Source: the human T2T-CHM13v2.0 reference genome, Homo sapiens. Taken from it: a stretch of 64,000 nt of DNA. Under the pieces are notes generated by a model that worked only from the letters and a program-made list of their open reading frames with translations, was not told where the DNA came from and searched no databases. The position numbers were made by a program, and so were the translations under genes. The stretch lies in the NCBI RefSeq assembly GCF_009914755.1, contig NC_060925.1, one strand, 5' to 3'. Positions within the stretch are counted from its first letter, which is position 1. Each line of letters starts with the position of its first letter. Of this stretch, positions 56,825 to 64,000 are shown in pieces.

Positions 56825-57642
56825 TCAGAGACAGGGGTCAGGGAGACAGAAGCAGCTGTCAGGGAGAGCCCTGAAGAGGAGGTCTGACCTGAGGCTCTTT
56901 CTACATGACTTAGAATAACAGAAGTCGCAGCCAGAATAAAAGCCATGGTAACAGCTGCAGTGAAAGCAAACGCTTACTTAGCACCTACCATGTGCCAGGC
57001 ACCACTTAAAGTCACACACACACATTAACTCATTTGATCTTCACACCACTCTGGGAATTAGCACTCTTGTTTTCCCACTTTTTCTAGATGAGGCAACTGA
57101 GGGACAGAGAGGTTAAGTACAGCATGCCTCTTCCTCTAAGAAGGAAACCAAGTCTAAAGAGGGGAAGCAGCTCCCTCAAAGTCACTCAGTGAGGCAGGGG
57201 CAGAGCTGGGACCACAATCTGGTCTGCACACTCCAAGGCCTGTGCTCCTATGGTGACATCAAACTGACTCCGTGGGAAACGACACCCTTTCCCCTTCAGG
57301 ACTCACTTCCTCCATCTATGAAGAGGGAAGAAACAGCCTCCCCTCCTTGCTGCTGCCCTGGAGATGGCTTCTGGGAAATGCTCTCTCTCTCTCAGGGAAG
57401 TGGGGAGCAAAGCAACCAGCATGTCACGGGGACGCAGGAACAGCGGGCATAGGCCTGCCTCAGGGGCTTGGAGGCCATGCCAACAGGCCGGAGTGTGTGC
57501 ACTCACAGGGCTGCCCAGGCCCACACCACATGCATCAGTACAGGACATCCTGCCCTGCTGCAGACCTACACGCCCCCACCATGTGCCCACCCGCGTGCTC
57601 GGCCCCCAGAGCCTCAGCGTCCCCCAGGCTTTGAGCATGCAC

Positions 57643-57754
57643 CTCGGCATCCTGTGGCCACGTCTCCATAGGTCCGGTCTGGACACTGGCGGATGGCTGC
57701 AGCGCTGCACATCAGGCCACCAAAGCCTTCCCGACAGGGGCACTGCCCTGTGAA
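57643..57754 (-). CDS. LAMB3: LAMB3 exon 13 ([16 protein letters not shown]...ATGCR)
   Basis: AG/GT junctions, 112 nt, laminin-EGF Cys pattern. Confidence 0.94.
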
Positions 57755-58158
57755 CTGCGTGGGGAGAGCACCGTCAGTGGACCCTGCCTCACAGCCTCTG
57801 CCTTACCCTGGTGTCAGGGACTGTGTCCTAGATTCCTGGTCCACAGGTAGAATCCAGGGCTCATGGCCACCTCCAGAGCTGCTGTGCCCACAAAACAAGG
57901 GCTCCCACTCAGAGATGAGCCTTGAAGTCAAGGCCCAGCATAGGCCCTTCAGAAGGTGTGGTGCATATGGTATTACTGACGGCCAAGAGCCACAGAGGGA
58001 GGGACATCTGGTGACTTCCCCAAATGAGAACGGGGACAGAAGACGCCCAGTCTGACAGGGGAGAGGCCTAGAAGGGCAGCATGGAGGGGCAGCAGAGAGG
58101 CTGGTGCTCAGGACCCCCCTCCCACTGAGGGGGCCCCCGGACCACCCTCACTTCGTAC

Positions 58159-58355
58159 CTGGTTGCACTGTGGGCTGAGGGAGTTGTGCGGGTCGCAGGC
58201 ACACGGTTCACAGCCCTGGCCACTGGCCAGCTTCCAGTGGTAGGGAGCACACTGGTCACATTTGGGACCCACCACGTTGGGCAGACAAAGGCAGCGCCCA
58301 CTCTCCTCGTCACACGGCATGTCCCTCCGGGACCCCAGGATGTTGCAGTCACAGC
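58159..58355 (-). CDS. LAMB3: LAMB3 exon 12 ([10 protein letters not shown]...SPQCNQ)
   Basis: AG/GT junctions, 197 nt, LE domain. Confidence 0.96.
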
Positions 58356-58598
58356 CTGCAGGAGGAGAGCTGCTGAGCTCAGGCAGACGCTCCATGAAAA
58401 ACTCACCCCCAGAGGACACACATCCAGGGAGGGGCGCTGCCTGGGAAAAGAACTGGGCAGGGCCCTTCCCTGCAGATGACATGGCTGACTCACAGGACCC
58501 CTGCGCTGTCCCACCAGTTCCAGCCACCTGGCAGCTCAGCTGCCTGCCTGCCCACCCTCCATCTGGCTGACTCAGTCCCACCTTCCAACTCGGACGTG

Positions 58599-58617
58599 TG
58601 CTGCCACCTGCTGGAGG
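58599..58617 (-). promoter_or_regulatory. CTCF motif CCTCCAGCAGGTGGCAGCA
   Basis: Exact core match on the - strand in LAMB3 intron 11. Confidence 0.55.
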
Positions 58618-58805
58618 CCAGTGGCACAGCATCTGGCGCTGGGTAAGAGGGCAAGAAGTCCGGACTCCTGGCAAAGGCCCGGGCATACCCCCTCTGTCTA
58701 CCCTGCAGTGGGATTTCCTCTGAAGAGAGCACAGTGAGCAGGGCAAGCCGTGGGTCTGGTGGCCCCATGCAGCCCACCCCACGTCATGCTGGGCCAAGCC
58801 CCCTA

Positions 58806-59087
<282 letters not shown>

Positions 59088-59160
59088 TTAGTCAAGTTAC
59101 TTAATCCCTCTGTGCCTCAATTTCCTTGTCTATAAAATAAAAATAATGATACAGCCTTCA

Positions 59161-59620
<460 letters not shown>

Positions 59621-60507
59621 TCATATGTTGCCTCATGTAATCTTCATGATAATCCTGGAGATTATTATTCTCATTGTACAGAGGAGGAAACCGAGGCTCA
59701 GATATGTCAAATAACTTATTCAAGTTCTCATTACAAGTTCATGCAAGAAACAGGGATCAAACTCAGTTCTGTCTCACTCTTCCCAGAAACAAACATCAAC
59801 AGAAAGTGACTCAGCTTTCCCCAACCCCCACTCCCTGACTTCTTTCAGACCTTTCAAAATGTAAGACCCCTTCATCCAGAAAGTCTTTTCTGACTAAACC
59901 TGCCCGAATCTGATTGCTTCAGTCCAGGCAGCCCTCTCCTATATGAAGTCGCTGGCTCTTGTGTGCATGTTAAGCTGCCTCTGCCTGTTGCCTCCCATTA
60001 CATTCACAAACACTCCCTGAGCATCAGTTATTTTCCAGTCAGTGTGCTAGGGCTAGAGGATGTGAGAAATAATCCTCGCCATGGAGGAGTTCTCGATGTT
60101 GGGAGAAATAGAAAATTAAATCACAAACCTCATTACAACATGGTAAAGGCAATCATATACATACGGAAAAGGTGCTTTCATCCCTCTTCTGCAGGTGTAT
60201 ACAGTTTATATTGCCAAACAGTGTGTGTGTTCCCTGATGGCACAAACTGTATCTTATGTTTACTTTTTTCTTCCCTATGCCCCAAATAAAGCCTAACTCT
60301 TGATTGATTGTCTGATTGATGGTCCAGAGAGGTTAAGTGACTTGCTCAGTAATAGCTAAATTAAAATAATCTCCCACAAATCCTGACTCACAGCCAAGTT
60401 TTCATGCTCCCTGAGGGCCTTGGTGTGCCCAGGAACATGTACTCTATTGTACCCAGAGGAGATGGGGAGTAACAGACAAATGACACTCTGGGACTCCGGA
60501 GCCTCTA

Positions 60508-60750
<243 letters not shown>

Positions 60751-61334
60751 CTACAGAGCATGCTCCACAAAAGCTCACTGGCATCTGTAACAACTCTGCA
60801 AGATGATCAAGGCAGGGAAGTGGGGAAACTGAGGGCAAGGGAGGTTTGTATAACTTATTTAAGGTTACATGACCAATAAGAAAGCAGAGGAGAATAAGAA
60901 CTCAGCCTTCCTGATTCTTACTGTTGGAATAAACCCAAGAACAGTGGCCATGTTGGGCCAAAGAAAGAGCCCTTTGAATGCTCTATCCCCAACCCTCCCA
61001 CTGCCAACACTGGTCTCCTCCTGGGTCACTGCCTGTCTCCAGGATGAGAATCTCTGTTTTCCTCATTTATGTAAACAAAGGGCCTGATTCTAGGGAGCCA
61101 TTTGAAGTAGGAAAAATGACAATAGAAAAACCAGATATGTCCTAAACAGGGTAAAGCAACTGGAGAGGCCAGAAGAAGCAGGCTCTAGCTGGGGACAGTG
61201 GGAGGATGTCACCCAAATACTCTCTCCATCCTCACAGAGCCAGGAGAGCTTGAATTGTAATGGTGCAATTCAGTTTAGATTTACATAAGAAAGACTGGAT
61301 CCCCCTGCATCCCAGGTGAGATCATCAAGGCCTA

Positions 61335-61526
<192 letters not shown>

Positions 61527-62949
61527 TCAGCCATCAGGAGTAATCAACAAAGAAGGGCACCAGGGATGGACCTGCCCACTGCCCTCTGACCCTCTGCGCA
61601 CCACTCAGGATCTGGCTTAGATCCCAACCCTTCCAGGAAGCTTCCTCTGAATGCCGCAGACTTCACCCAGCTCCTGTGAAACTGTCTGCTATTGTTCTGC
61701 ACATATGAGCATGTGTGTGTGTGCACGTGCGTGTGCCCGCACTGCTCCCCTAGTGAGGTTTTTGCAAGCTCGCTGCTTGCACTTGGACACCCCCATGACA
61801 CCCAGTCAGAGGCAGCGCTTGGCAGGTGCTCAGACACCCTTGGCAAACTGTGGGATCCAGAAGCTGGTGGGGCCCTCTGGAGATTTCTATTCCAACAATC
61901 TATGAATACAGTTGTTTGGTTAATGGAACTGTTGTGATGAACTGTCACTAGACTCATTAAGGTATAAAAATAGAATAGCTGTTGTGTGCTAATTGCCTTC
62001 CAAATTAAGCCCAACACCTTCAGCTTGGCATTCAAGGACCTGTATCATGTTAGCTGCATTCTCAGCTCCCATGTCCTGCTGACAGCATAGCAAGCTGAAC
62101 TTCTAGCTGCTCCCTCTGCAAGCCCTACTTTCTCCACCTTTTGGCCTTTAGCAATGGTTTTTCTTCTGCCTAGAATTCTCTTCTCTCTGTATTCATTCAC
62201 AAAATCCTGCCAGCTAGGCTCCAGCTAGAACGGCACCTCTCTCATAAGGCCTCCCTGGTGCCTCTAATTCCATAGATCTCAACACTGCCTGTACCTCAGT
62301 GTCACCTGGGGAACATTTTTTAAAATGCCAAGGTCCAGACCCAATTCACTCTGAATCTCAGGGATGAGACCCAGGCAGTGGCACCTTTTAAAAGTGGTGA
62401 TTCCACTGCATGGCCAGATTTGAGGACCACCAGGGCTGGGTGGCTCCCTCCCACCTCGTCATGTCATAGCATGTTGTATTCCCTCTGTGTCACTCAGCCT
62501 TGGGTTCTAGGAGTATGTCTCATGGGCCCTGACAGATGACACACTCCCTGAGCTGGCCTCCCTCTGTACACCTCTGCAGCCTGGGGCAGAATTTGGCCCA
62601 GAAGTGGAAAAAAGAATGCCAGCTGAGGCTTGTGCCACCTCTATTTCCCACTCAGGCCATCTTACATGATTTCCTCCTGTCCCCCTGTCACTAGGACAGC
62701 TGTCACGCTCCCATGTTGGGTCCCTCTGCTTCTTTGCTCAAGGTTCTCTCTTCTCTACCTGTGGTTCTCAAGCTTGGTTTCACAGCAAAACCCCTTGGGA
62801 GGGGAGGGCTTGTTAAACTGGAACGTCTCAAACCCCATCCCTGCTGAAGCCAATCCGCCTGGTCTAGGGTAGACTTAGCATCTGTACTAAACATTGGTCT
62901 CTCACCGTGCCCCATATCTCACCACTAGCTGAGACTTTAAAATCCCCAA

Positions 62950-63100
62950 ACCAGTGGCTCTCAGACCTGGCAGTACATTCGAGTCACCTGGGAGCTTTAA
63001 AAGCCAATCATAAAATTAGAATATCTTAGGGTGGAGGGCTGGGCAACATTTTTAGCTCTCAGTGAAATTATAATGCATAACGAGGGTTGAGAATCATTGG
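62950..63100. mobile_element. MER5-like DNA transposon relic (similar relics near 27625-27760 and 62270-62435)
   Basis: cagtggctctcagac...gagtcacctgggagcttt...gggttgagaatcattg. Confidence 0.6.
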
Positions 63101-63349
63101 CTTAAACTCCCTCCCAATTTCCACACTTATGTAAATGAAATGAAAATCATCTCAAATTAGGAAGCAGATCTAAAGAAGTACTAAATGATTCTGATTTTTG
63201 GAACGAAAACCACTTCGATTTTTTGTTGTTGCTGCTGAAGTATTAAATACCCAAGTCTTAGATTTAGTGCCCTTCCTGCTTTACAGGAGCCCCAAGAATG
63301 TCTGTAGTCTGCCCTGGTCCTGCCCCCTTCCTCTCCCCTTCCCACCCTA

Positions 63350-63909
<560 letters not shown>

Positions 63910-64000
63910 CTACAGAGGGAAGGGAAAGAGAAGCGCTGAAGAAGAGACAAATAGTGTGCCCCGAGTTCAGAAGAAACCTTTCTTTCCATTATATGCCTCA

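Noticed and set aside
58108-58797. 229-aa ORF, the longest in the track
   Set aside because: It is LAMB3 exon 12 plus open GC-rich intron flanks. Intron 11 is 455 nt, not a multiple of 3, so it is not a separate gene or an in-frame retention.

Overview
Human genomic DNA, recognised as the CAMK1G-LAMB3 locus (1q32.2). The + strand carries the complete CAMK1G gene (CaM kinase I gamma/CLICK-III) in 13 exons. Its 11 coding exons, assembled by hand at GT/AG junctions, sum to 1431 nt (476 aa + stop) and end in the CaaX motif CLIM. The - strand carries LAMB3 (laminin beta-3) exons 7-23, tail-to-tail with CAMK1G about 1 kb away, with the MIR4260 hairpin at the exon 16 donor. The rest is intronic or intergenic, with Alu, L2, L1, MaLR LTR and DNA-transposon relics and microsatellites. 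Most ORFs in the supplied track are chance ORFs. I see no convincing new biological system. The best leads are: a hidden 151-codon alternative CAMK1G C-terminus that stays open across a splice junction; an overlapping uORF created by an alternative exon 1 donor; a stop-free, in-frame LAMB3 intron 15; a degenerate ~41-bp tandem array built from an L2 segment; and a triple-nested L1>Alu monomer>LTR insertion. Repeat subfamily names are recalled from consensus sequences and are approximate.
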